Positions 38,861-47,944 of a stretch of 64,000 nt of DNA are shown here, one piece after another. The stretch's first letter is position 1. Every line of letters starts with the position of its first letter. A program made the position numbers and the translations under genes. The notes below the pieces were generated by a model. It was not told the origin of the DNA. It did no database searches and worked only from the letters and a program-made list of their open reading frames with translations. This stretch comes from Lachnospiraceae bacterium (GTDB lineage: Bacteria > Bacillota > Clostridia > Lachnospirales > Lachnospiraceae). The stretch covers positions 30,644 through 94,643 of the forward strand of contig SVDZ01000011.1 in the NCBI GenBank assembly GCA_015057625.1, read 5' to 3'.

Positions 38861-39081
38861 ATTGAGCCCAATCCTGGGCTCAAAGGTTCGCTCTCTCGCC
38901 TGCCGGCTCGGTCGTTGCTTCTGCTTCGCATCTATAAGTGCACGGCTTATCATATTCTTCTATTAGTTTTGAGTTGTTATAAACTTAATTTATTTAGGTT
39001 CGAGGAACTTGTGGAACTGAGTTCCAGAAGTTAATTTTTTGCAAAAAAAAGCTACCGACATTTGCCAGCAACTTGTACTTT

Positions 39082-39384
39082 TCATATTTTGTTATATATC
39101 AACCAGTCTTCCACCGAACAACCATTTATTGCACAAACAATTATTTCATTCCATCTTTCTTTAATTGATTTACCATCATAGATTGGTGCTTCAAGCATTT
39201 CCTTAGCTGTTTTAAATTCGCAACCATCTTTTATATCACAAAGTCCAACCCAATAAGGTTTTTCATACTCCGGTAAAAACCCTATATAATGTTCTGTTTC
39301 TTTTGGATCAGATTTGAAATAAAAAACTGTTTCATCACAGTTTTCTGCTTTTTCAAAAATACTTAATAATTCTTCGTATTTCAT
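39082..39384 (-). CDS. Hypothetical 100-aa protein (small acidic, immunity-protein-like)
   Basis: ORF with RBS GGAGAG, immediately preceded by motif copy 2. No recognisable catalytic motif. Confidence 0.55.
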   Translation of the reverse strand: MKYEELLSIFEKAENCDETVFYFKSDPKETEHYIGFLPEYEKPYWVGLCDIKDGCEFKTAKEMLEAPIYDGKSIKERWNEIIVCAINGCSVEDWLIYNKI

Positions 39385-39414
39385 TTTTCTCTCCGTCTTT
39401 TTAATTTAGGAATA

Positions 39415-39471
39415 AGGTTTTAGGATTATCCTAACAAGAATGCATTTGTGGCCACAGATGCGTATCTTGCA
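39415..39471 (-). repeat. Conserved structured motif, copy 2 (minus orientation)
   Basis: Reverse complement reads TGCAAGATACGC ATCTGTGGCCACAAATGCA TT CTTGTTAGGATAATCCTAAAACCT. Confidence 0.6.
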
Positions 39472-39659
39472 ATACAGTACACACAGTTCAATGATACTAC
39501 CTCCTATGATTACTTTCAGACTGGACATCAAATTATTATTATCACTCTATTCTGAAATGAATAAAATCATTTCCTCATATGCATATTACATAATCACCAT
39601 ATCCCGTCTTAAATATACCATCTTGAAGACATACTGCAACGACACGTTTGAGAAGAAAG

Positions 39660-39980
39660 TTATAGCTCCGTATACTTATCAGCCTTTCCTTTAGCTTTTT
39701 CCACTGGGTACTTCTTCTCATTCTGTTCCATTTTCATATTAACTATTTCATCTGCATCCAATTCAAGTTTATCCAATAAATTTTGACTATATACAATAAC
39801 ATCTGCCAATTCCTCTTTGATATGTTGGATATCATATTTTTCTTCTGACCACTGGAAACATTCTAATAATTCAGCTGCTTCAATCACTATTGATTTGGCC
39901 AAGTTAGCAGGTGAATGGAATTGATCCCATTCTCTATCTTCTGTAAATTTTCTAATTCTATCTATTGTTTCTCGTTTCAT
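39660..39980 (-). CDS. MazG-like all-alpha nucleoside triphosphate pyrophosphohydrolase
   Basis: REWDQFHSP.NLAKSIVIEAAELLECFQW and EELADVIVY metal-binding motifs. The start lies 3 nt after the helicase stop. Confidence 0.8.
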   Translation of the reverse strand: MKRETIDRIRKFTEDREWDQFHSPANLAKSIVIEAAELLECFQWSEEKYDIQHIKEELADVIVYSQNLLDKLELDADEIVNMKMEQNEKKYPVEKAKGKADKYTEL

Positions 39981-39983
39981 TTT

Positions 39984-41780
39984 TTATCTCTCCAATGTTA
40001 CATCATTCGCAATTGCAATATATTTTTTTAAATATTCTCTAAGCCTACGATTGCAGGCATATACATAACACCCTTTAATACCTCTTGCTAGAATGGTGGT
40101 ATATGTATTCAATATTAATTCTTTAAGAACTTTTTCATCTGTTCCAGCTTTAACCTTTTTATCTTTGTACTTTGATAAGTCAATTACAATGGAATCACTC
40201 TCCTCATCATAGTCTATCTCTTCACCAAAAATAACTCCAACATAGTTCATATCGTACCCCTGTGTAGTATGAATACAACCAATAGTACAATGCGAGTCTT
40301 TTCTAGTTATCCATGATTCATTAGTAAGATTCCAAATATACTTATGCTTTTCAATTAAAATGTCATATTCTCCGTCCTTAACCAACATATCATAACATTC
40401 CATATTGTCTTTAGGTTTCTTAGCTTGCTTTGTTTTCCAATCCCATGAAAAACCTGCAACAGTTTTAGACAAACCGACTTCATCATCTTTTTTTCTTACC
40501 GTATTAACCAACTTATCTACGTCGTCAAAAATCAAAAAATCATAATTTTCAATTTTTTCTCTTTTCTTTCGACTGCAAGTCATAATATCTTTGACATACT
40601 GAATATAAGTATCTCCACCCTCACAACGCATCTGTGTTTCGAGCTTGTGCTCTTTTATATTTGTTCCATACTTTTCTAAAGTATTATTAAACTCAATATT
40701 TGTAATATCTGATGATTTGACACTTTGATTTTTATCATAAAACAAAACAACATGTTTCGCAGATTTTAATACCCACTCTAACTGATTACTATTTTCTGGT
40801 TCAAGACCTAATGCTCTACATGTTTTATCAAAAGAACTGTACCCAGTTAGATTTTTTCTTTTTGATAATCTGTGTGATTCATCCACGAACAAAATATCAT
40901 AGTCATCCTTTATCACATCATTAGGACCAATAACCATTTCCCTAACAAGACCATTTCCGCATTCTTTAAACACATTGGAAACTGTATTTCTTATTCCTGG
41001 CATCGGAAATACAAATCCTATTTTAAATGGTTTGCCATTGCGCTCGGTTACAATATATTCCTTTAATCTTTTTAGTGCAAAACGCTTATTATCTTCAATA
41101 TCATCTTCTAATTCGTCTTGTATATCCAAAATATCATCTTCAACATTCATTGCATTCACCAACGAATTTATTAAACTGATTGCCAGTACGGTCTTACCGG
41201 TTCCTGCACAACCATCCACCAAACTTACACAACTACTTTTAGTATTTTCGAATGTATCCAAAATATCATTAAGCACTTCTATGCTCACTTTGTTCTGTTC
41301 ACCAGTCAAAGCATTATAAGGAGAAAACTTAAAAATATTATCATTTTCTATTATATCAATAGATTTTTTTGCAAGTCCCTTATCTCTTAAATCTTTCCAT
41401 AGCGTCCTGAAATCACTTCTGTATTTTTTTCTTTGATAATAATCGTGAGAGGCTTGTTGTCCTTTATTTCGATTAATTATATTTTTAAACCTTTTATCAA
41501 CTGAACAATATTTTATAAGTCTCTGTTCATAATCTAAAACTACAGACTTATTAAACTCACCATTAAAAACAATCTCTACAACTTTTAAATTTCTTTTTTC
41601 TTCGTTACTTAAGTGTTGCTTCATTCTTCGAGCTGCACTTGTAGTTTCGCCTACATATAAACTTTCATCATCATGTATTAGATATACAACCGGCCAGTCA
41701 TTTCCTTTTTCGGACATTTCGACAGTTTTTATCCCCTCTTCATTAAATGGATATGAGCGAATCTCATTCAATATTGCCAT
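39984..41780 (-). CDS. GIY-YIG-like nuclease domain fused to a DUF2075/SF1 (Schlafen-type) P-loop helicase
   Basis: VVYLIHDDESLYVGETTSAARRMKQHL (GIY-YIG), DGCAGTGKTVLA (Walker A), ILFVDESHRL (Walker B), IHTTQGYDMNYVGVIF (SF1 C-terminal motif). Confidence 0.8.
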   Translation of the reverse strand: MAILNEIRSYPFNEEGIKTVEMSEKGNDWPVVYLIHDDESLYVGETTSAARRMKQHLSNEEKRNLKVVEIVFNGEFNKSVVLDYEQRLIKYCSVDKRFKNIINRNKGQQASHDYYQRKKYRSDFRTLWKDLRDKGLAKKSIDIIENDNIFKFSPYNALTGEQNKVSIEVLNDILDTFENTKSSCVSLVDGCAGTGKTVLAISLINSLVNAMNVEDDILDIQDELEDDIEDNKRFALKRLKEYIVTERNGKPFKIGFVFPMPGIRNTVSNVFKECGNGLVREMVIGPNDVIKDDYDILFVDESHRLSKRKNLTGYSSFDKTCRALGLEPENSNQLEWVLKSAKHVVLFYDKNQSVKSSDITNIEFNNTLEKYGTNIKEHKLETQMRCEGGDTYIQYVKDIMTCSRKKREKIENYDFLIFDDVDKLVNTVRKKDDEVGLSKTVAGFSWDWKTKQAKKPKDNMECYDMLVKDGEYDILIEKHKYIWNLTNESWITRKDSHCTIGCIHTTQGYDMNYVGVIFGEEIDYDEESDSIVIDLSKYKDKKVKAGTDEKVLKELILNTYTTILARGIKGCYVYACNRRLREYLKKYIAIANDVTLER

Positions 41781-41996
41781 ACCTTAAACCTCTCTTACCG
41801 CACAAAAATATAATATAATTATATTAATAATCACTAACTCTTTCAAGCATACTACAGCGTATCTCAAGCATTTTTCTGCAAAAATCATATATTATCATAA
41901 CAGTTTAAAACTGCTTTCGATTTACTTAAACCAAAAAGATTTTTTTAACCCTTTTGCGCATGCTTTTTCTTTCTAAAATTTGTGTTTAGTGTCTAC

Positions 41997-42055
41997 TGCA
42001 AGATACGCCTTTGTATATACAATGCAAACTTGTTAGGAAGTATCCTAAGACCTCT
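41997..42055 (+). repeat. Conserved structured motif, copy 3
   Basis: TGCAAGATACGC CTTTGTATATACAATGCAAA CTTGTTAGGAAGTATCCTAAGACCTCT. Confidence 0.6.
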
Positions 42056-42185
42056 GCTTATCTAATGACATCATGTCCACAAGTTGGCTAATGTCATCAT
42101 GTCACCAAAATATAGTATCACATAAAAAAGTATGCTATCATAGAGAAAGATTGTAAATGAAAAATCGGAACCGAAGGAGCAAAAT

Positions 42186-42596
42186 ATGTACAAAATTGAA
42201 ACGGATAAATTCATACTGGATCTATCTCCGGAAATCTATAAACAAGACCAGTCATATCCTGTAAATGTAAATCTAGGTGTTAAGGTTTTTAGTTATGGCT
42301 TTTCAGCCGAAATATTTATGGAAGTTGGCGTTAAGGAAATTGCGGAATTTTCTGATGAAATTATGAATCTTTATAACACACTGACAGGGGTGGCGAGATT
42401 GGAAGAACCATATGGTTTTCATAATTACATAGAGTTCATTGCACAAAAAGGCGGACATATAAAAGTAAAAGGAAGATTAAACAATGCATGCGCTTATGGA
42501 TATGAGCAAGAAATTAATTTTGAAAATGAGATTGACCAGACTTGCATAAGAAACTTTAGCAATCAATTATTTTCTAATTTCAGCAAATATATTTAA
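42186..42596 (+). CDS. Hypothetical 136-aa protein (immunity-protein-like)
   Basis: ORF with RBS AAGGAG. No motif recognised. Confidence 0.55.
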   Translation: MYKIETDKFILDLSPEIYKQDQSYPVNVNLGVKVFSYGFSAEIFMEVGVKEIAEFSDEIMNLYNTLTGVARLEEPYGFHNYIEFIAQKGGHIKVKGRLNNACAYGYEQEINFENEIDQTCIRNFSNQLFSNFSKYI

Positions 42597-42617
42597 TACT
42601 GTTTTAAGAGGTATGTT

Positions 42618-42941
42618 ATGGAAAAATACAGATTTAAATATTGGTTTGAATGGGGTTGCACAGAAGATAGATGTCCTTGCTTGTGGTCTGATAACGACGC
42701 TGCAAGAGAACGCTTTGGCTACAGCGTTGATTTAAACGCGTTACCAATCTCCCAAGAATTAATTAGTTTTCTTTTTACCATTGGTATGGAACATGATAAA
42801 GCACTGGACTGGGATTATCCATCTAATCCCAGTCTATGGTCACCAGAAGAAGAACAATCCTTTTTAAAAAGAGCAAATGAAGGTTATTTACGTCTCCAGC
42901 AGGAGCTGGGAAGTAATTACGAAATAGAATTTTGCATATAA
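42618..42941 (+). CDS. Hypothetical 107-aa protein
   Basis: ORF 21 nt downstream of the previous gene. W- and C-rich N-terminus. Confidence 0.55.
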   Translation: MEKYRFKYWFEWGCTEDRCPCLWSDNDAARERFGYSVDLNALPISQELISFLFTIGMEHDKALDWDYPSNPSLWSPEEEQSFLKRANEGYLRLQQELGSNYEIEFCI

Positions 42942-43003
42942 TAATTTCAAATCTCAAATGAAGTCAGGATCTGATATAATACTTTTTATTTAATCTTTTT
43001 CTT

Positions 43004-43435
43004 CTACATTTGTTCTATTTTTTCTTCACTAATTTTGATATCCAAATCCGCTCTCTGATTCTTCACCGCAATTTGAAAATCATCTTCATAAATAATTTCT
43101 CCGGGAATTTCTTCTATCTCCGATCTATACAGCTTCACATCATACTTTGCAAGCATCTTTCGATAAAACGTCATCTGCTCATAAATGTCGTTTCCAGCCT
43201 TTGTATCTTTAAACCATGTAATCGCTCTGTCCGGATTACCCTGCTCATAAAATGGTGGAACCGGAAGTACTTTTTCAAAATATTCTCTGTTCCTCCGATA
43301 TTCTGCAATCTCTTCTTCATTCATAATCTTTGCATCAACCAATTTCCCCACCGCAGTAAAAATTCCTCTTGGTTGCTTGGTAAGATAAGCAATGTCACCT
43401 GTGTGAATTCTGTAATATTTCATATTTTCTCTCAT
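43004..43435 (-). CDS. Hypothetical protein (about 140 aa)
   Basis: ORF with an alternative start at 43423 (MKYYRIH). No motif recognised. Confidence 0.5.
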   Translation of the reverse strand: MRENMKYYRIHTGDIAYLTKQPRGIFTAVGKLVDAKIMNEEEIAEYRRNREYFEKVLPVPPFYEQGNPDRAITWFKDTKAGNDIYEQMTFYRKMLAKYDVKLYRSEIEEIPGEIIYEDDFQIAVKNQRADLDIKISEEKIEQM

Positions 43436-43835
43436 TTATATTTACCTCACTTTCCACCTACATGGCAGTTCTCTGAAAAATGTGTTTCATTCAATCTTCT
43501 GAATACTCTTTGTCTTTATATTCCACATCATATCACACTTTTTCCCCATACACTACCAACCGCTAGTATACCTTTCATCTATCTACTCTCCATTCATTCC
43601 ATAAATAGCTCCTAAACAAAAAAACGCCAATTGTCAAACTATTTACAGAGGTTATCTGCACCATTTTTGATGTATCATTCAAGTATGAATGGGAGATTTT
43701 GGGAAAACTCAGAAAATAGTAAATTAAAACATAAAGAGCAAGCACGTCGATTATTGTGCTTACTCTTTATGTTATTTCATCGTATATTTGCATTTAGGAT
43801 AGTTGGGGCACCCATAAATTTTCCTTCCCTAATTA

Positions 43836-44189
43836 TCAACCACACACTGTATATTTAATACTCTTTGCAACAATATACATATCATTTCCAATATCTGTGT
43901 TTGATATTTTAAAAATAGTATTTCCTTTAGTCACTTTATACTCCATATTTATTTCATAAGCTTTTTTACCATCAACTATAGAAATGAAATTTCCATCTCC
44001 CTCATAACTAAATTTCAAGTCACATATTATTGCAAATGGATTTTCAAACGTTATTTTAATTTTTTCCTCTCCCATTTCATCAAGGAATCCTACAATTTCT
44101 AGGAAGCCTCCATTAATACTATAAATTTCAAAATCCATCCACAGTTCTTTATTCAAATATTCATTTATATCATTTATTATTTTTTTCAC
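43836..44189 (-). CDS. Hypothetical 117-aa protein (immunity-protein-like), GTG start
   Basis: RBS AGGAGG lies 6 nt before the GTG at 44189. Confidence 0.5.
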   Translation of the reverse strand: MKKIINDINEYLNKELWMDFEIYSINGGFLEIVGFLDEMGEEKIKITFENPFAIICDLKFSYEGDGNFISIVDGKKAYEINMEYKVTKGNTIFKISNTDIGNDMYIVAKSIKYTVCG

Positions 44190-44325
44190 TTATTTCCTCC
44201 TAATCAAGTGGAATATGCGTCACTATAGCACCAGTTTCGTTGAAATTAGGATTTTTAGTTGAACGATGCACCATTTTTTTTGTATATCATTCAAGTGTAA
44301 ATTTTCTTACCCCACCTTCACTTTA

Positions 44326-44822
44326 CAATATATTGTTTTGGGCATGCGTACCATAATCAATTTTTAAATCTGATACGTACACGCTTTGCAATATATTATT
44401 TTGGGCATGCGTACCATAATCAATTTTCAAATCTGATACGTACACACTTTGCAATATATTGTTTTGGGCATGCGTACCATAATCAATTTTTAAATCTGAT
44501 ACGTACACGCTTTGCAATATATTATTTTGGGCATACGTACCACAATCATTTTTTAAATCTGATACGTACATGCTTTGCAATATATTGTTTTGGGCATGCG
44601 TACCATAATCAATTTTTAAATCTGATACGTACATTCTTTGCAATATATTGTTTTGGGCATGCGTACCACAATCATTTTTTAAATCTGATACGTACACACT
44701 TTGCAATATATTGTTTTGGGCATACGTACCAAAATCATTTTTTAACTCTGATACGTACACGCTTTGCAATATATTGTTTTGGGCATGCGTACCAAAATCA
44801 TTTTTTAAATCTGATACGTACT
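44326..44822. repeat. Tandem direct repeat, 63-bp unit x about 8
   Basis: Unit is CAATATATTGTTTTGGGCATGCGTACCATAATCAATTTTTAAATCTGATACGTACACGCTTTG. Units start at 44326, 44389, 44452, 44515, 44578, 44641, 44704 and 44767. A few variable positions recur between units. Confidence 0.9.
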
Positions 44823-45143
44823 ACACAGCATCCGATGCGTCCGCCCAAAAACTATACATTTTGAAACGGTCTCTAATCTACAAGTTTTGGGTTGAACGAT
44901 GCACCATTTTGTATCATTCAAGTATTGCATCTTGTATCAGCAAAAAGAGCAAGCACTATATCTTGATTTTCGCAACAATATTTATTCGCCCTTTGATTAT
45001 ATCATAATGTGACAATTAGCCCAGCTGTTTTTTCCTGATAATCTAATTCGCCTGTTACCATATAATTATTTCTATACTGTTTTTCAGTTAGTCTGAGCAA
45101 TCTTACCATACCTGTTTTTTGCATTTCTCCCTCAACATTATAC

Positions 45144-45196
45144 ATAAAAAGGAGCGTTGAGTTAGTGATACTAAAAAATCACAAACGCAACACTCC
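45144..45196 (-). terminator. Terminator downstream of the S8 peptidase gene
   Basis: AGGAGTGTTG...CAACGCTCCT stem with inner hairpin, flanked by T-runs on both strands. Confidence 0.5.
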
Positions 45197-45221
45197 TTTT
45201 TAATCATTTTGTTCTAATTTT

Positions 45222-47840
45222 TTATGAAATTACATCAATATAGCGATATGCTCCATAAGTCTCCACACCATCAAGTACTGCTGATACACGTATCTGATGT
45301 TCGCCTTCTGATAAGTTATTTATTTGGTAATAAGCACATGGTACTAACGACAATTTCTTTTCTCCATCTACATAAACATTATATTTGCATCCGGAATTGA
45401 TTCTGTCAGCATCTTGTCCCCAAACAATTCCTACCGTTCCTCTGCTAGGATTTGTTACCAAAATACCAATAACTTCGAGAAGTCCCGGCGCTTCAACCTC
45501 TTCAACTACAGTTATTCCACGTTCTGATCCTGTTGATTCGTATCCACAATAAACGCTTGTAACTTTTACAATATGCTCACCTTCTTCTATATCTTTAATC
45601 TCAAAATAAGCACATGGAACATTTGATAATTTCTTTACACCGTCTACATAAACATTGTATTTAAATCCATTTTCTACTGCCTCGCTATTTTGTCCCCAAA
45701 TTACTCCCAATGTATTTTTTGCCGGTTGTGTAACCTTAAGATTCATAGGATTTGTCGGATTTGTTAATGTTCTTGATGAGTAGTATAATTGATTCAATTT
45801 AAGCTCATTAACTGAATTATCCTTCTTAGTCCCATTTACAATTTCATAATTCATTAATGGCTTAAGAGTATTTGCCCAAATATCTGTGACAGTTGCACCT
45901 GCGTTAATAGCTTCAGGACTCATAGTAACTCTGATATAACGCACCCATCTTGCTGTGTTCGCCCAATAACTTGGCCATTTCTTAGGTAGGGTATAAGCTT
46001 CACGACTCCATTTAATCCTATCACGAGATGTTTCTAATAAAATATTATCTTCAATCGCCTCGTTGGAGTTATAATTTTTTATATTGACTGCTAAAAAATC
46101 ATACCAATAAAGTCCTCCAAGATCAATCAATACAGACTGCGCGCATGTATTAATTTCCGGTTTCCATCCTGTATTATTGTCTTTGTCAAACATATATCTC
46201 GCGCCAAAACCTTCTGCTTCAGAAGTAGAAACAATTGTACGAGTATTATCGTGCATTTTTTCTTTTATTCCTGCTGCCATTGCCACTGCACCATACGCAT
46301 TGACAAAACCATATGATGAATCGTCATCGTACCCCCGTTTAAAGAAATCAAAAACTGTTTCTTCTAAATATGTTTCTGAATAATCAGCATTCATTTTACT
46401 ATTTACAGAATACATCATTGCAACAATTGCAGCGACACAAGGTGCGGAAAAAGATGTTCCCTCAGTAGTTACAAATCCGGTTGTTCCTGTAGTATAAATA
46501 TCTCCACCCGGTGCACTAAAATCTGTCCAAGTTCCATAACTCGTGAAAGAAGATCTTCTGAAATTTTCATCCATACTTGCAATGGCTAAAGTTGTAGGAT
46601 ACGCCGCAGGGTATCTTGCTGCGCTACTACCATCATTTCCGGCACTGCAAACTACAGTTATACTTGCATTATATGCTCTTTCACAAGCTGCTCGATAAGC
46701 CGAATTAGGAGTGCCTGAACACGAACTGATATTTATAACTTTTACTCCAATTGAAATTGCGTAATCAATACCCTTAATCAGATCAGCATCGTAAAGAACT
46801 TCCTTTCCATCTTTTATTTTAGAAATCTTAATATTAATTAAGTCAATAATATTATTATAAGTTCCACTGGCAACACCGGCAATTCCTGTTTCGTTATTTG
46901 AAATTGCTCCAATAACTCCTGAAACCATTGTTCCGTGATTACTAGTATAAGTTGTTTCCTGGCCATACAGTTTTTTATCATTTGTCACATCATATGACAA
47001 TTCCTTATTAATGTTCAAATCTGTATTGTGAAAGCTTACACCTGTATCAAGTACTGCCACTTTAACCTTTTTATGTGAAACACGATTTACAATTCCCCAT
47101 GCATTTGGTACAAGCATTGCATTCAAATACCACTGTTTGTTGCTTTTTTGATCGTTTATTAATTCTTTTGCCTCTACAATACTACTGTATGCCATTTGGT
47201 TTTCAGTATTTTTTTCTGCACTTATAACACAGTCATATTTATTAAATGCATCGACAGCATCATCAACCTTGTGTCCTAACGATATTTTTACATAAGCAAA
47301 ATATGTACCGTCACTTGTCTCATATAAATCTATTGCTTTTCCATATTCAGCCGAAATAATTCTCTTAATATTATCTTTTCCTGTATCTTTTTTGAAATTG
47401 ATAACAATTGTTCCAACTTCATAATCCAGTTCATCCTGACTATTTCGTTCTTCATATGCATTTTCATATCCACTTACAATATCGTCTGCATCATTTTCGA
47501 TTGTTTTAGAAAAATCATCAATTTTCTTTTTTTCATCTTCTTCGTAATAGTCTGTCAAAACTTTATTGACTGCATAGTTAAAATCGTCTTCATCTTCTAT
47601 TTGATTAATTATTTTTGCTACTTTTTTTCCATCATTAACTGAAGTATCAATCATTGAATTAATTTCTTTTTTATCCACATCAGGCAATATATCATCAAGT
47701 TCTTTTGATACTTGTTTTTTGTATTCTGCTCCTGATAGCTCCTTTGCTGATACTTTTACAGATGATGTGCTAATTACTCCCCCAATATTTGCAGCCATGG
47801 TTAAACATAATAAACTGCTAATAATCTTTTTGCTCCTCAT
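45222..47840 (-). CDS. Secreted S8 (subtilisin-family) serine peptidase with C-terminal discoidin-like and two Fn3/Ig-like repeats
   Basis: Signal peptide present. Catalytic triad contexts are VAVLDTGV (Asp), HGTMVSGVIGA (His) and GTSFSAPCVAA (Ser). The C-terminus carries a duplicated KYNVYVDG.KKLS.VPCAY...GEH module. Confidence 0.9.
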   Translation of the reverse strand: MRSKKIISSLLCLTMAANIGGVISTSSVKVSAKELSGAEYKKQVSKELDDILPDVDKKEINSMIDTSVNDGKKVAKIINQIEDEDDFNYAVNKVLTDYYEEDEKKKIDDFSKTIENDADDIVSGYENAYEERNSQDELDYEVGTIVINFKKDTGKDNIKRIISAEYGKAIDLYETSDGTYFAYVKISLGHKVDDAVDAFNKYDCVISAEKNTENQMAYSSIVEAKELINDQKSNKQWYLNAMLVPNAWGIVNRVSHKKVKVAVLDTGVSFHNTDLNINKELSYDVTNDKKLYGQETTYTSNHGTMVSGVIGAISNNETGIAGVASGTYNNIIDLINIKISKIKDGKEVLYDADLIKGIDYAISIGVKVINISSCSGTPNSAYRAACERAYNASITVVCSAGNDGSSAARYPAAYPTTLAIASMDENFRRSSFTSYGTWTDFSAPGGDIYTTGTTGFVTTEGTSFSAPCVAAIVAMMYSVNSKMNADYSETYLEETVFDFFKRGYDDDSSYGFVNAYGAVAMAAGIKEKMHDNTRTIVSTSEAEGFGARYMFDKDNNTGWKPEINTCAQSVLIDLGGLYWYDFLAVNIKNYNSNEAIEDNILLETSRDRIKWSREAYTLPKKWPSYWANTARWVRYIRVTMSPEAINAGATVTDIWANTLKPLMNYEIVNGTKKDNSVNELKLNQLYYSSRTLTNPTNPMNLKVTQPAKNTLGVIWGQNSEAVENGFKYNVYVDGVKKLSNVPCAYFEIKDIEEGEHIVKVTSVYCGYESTGSERGITVVEEVEAPGLLEVIGILVTNPSRGTVGIVWGQDADRINSGCKYNVYVDGEKKLSLVPCAYYQINNLSEGEHQIRVSAVLDGVETYGAYRYIDVIS

Positions 47841-47887
47841 TTTGCAAAACTCCTTCCATTATATTTGTGCGTATACACGCACGAACT

Positions 47888-47916
47888 ATTATAATATTGC
47901 GCAATATTATATTCAA
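47888..47916 (-). promoter_or_regulatory. Promoter of the S8 peptidase gene
   Basis: Minus strand reads TTGAAT - 17 nt - TATAAT. Confidence 0.55.
47890..47911. promoter_or_regulatory. Perfect 22-bp palindrome (candidate operator) covering the promoter spacer and -10
   Basis: TATAATATTGCGCAATATTATA is its own reverse complement. Confidence 0.6.
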
Positions 47917-47944
47917 CCAAGTTTTTGCTAAAAGGATTTTCTTT

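Noticed and set aside
44326-44822. Possible CRISPR array because of regularly spaced repeats
   Set aside because: The units are contiguous 63-bp direct repeats with no unique spacers between them. No cas genes or leader are nearby. This is a tandem repeat, not a CRISPR array.
44323-45007. Tracked ORFs 44323-44769 (minus) and 44648-45007 (plus) as repeat-protein genes
   Set aside because: Both strands are open only because the 63-bp unit lacks stop codons. The minus-strand frame is bounded by a stop at the array edge and has no ATG or RBS. There is no signal peptide or non-repeat domain.
45004-45126. 40-codon minus-strand ORF (MQKTGMVRLLRLTEKQYRNNYMVTGELDYQEKTAGLIVTL) downstream of the S8 gene
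   Set aside because: The RBS spacing is very short, there is no family signal, and it lies between a terminator and the repeat region. Likely a fragment or a chance ORF.
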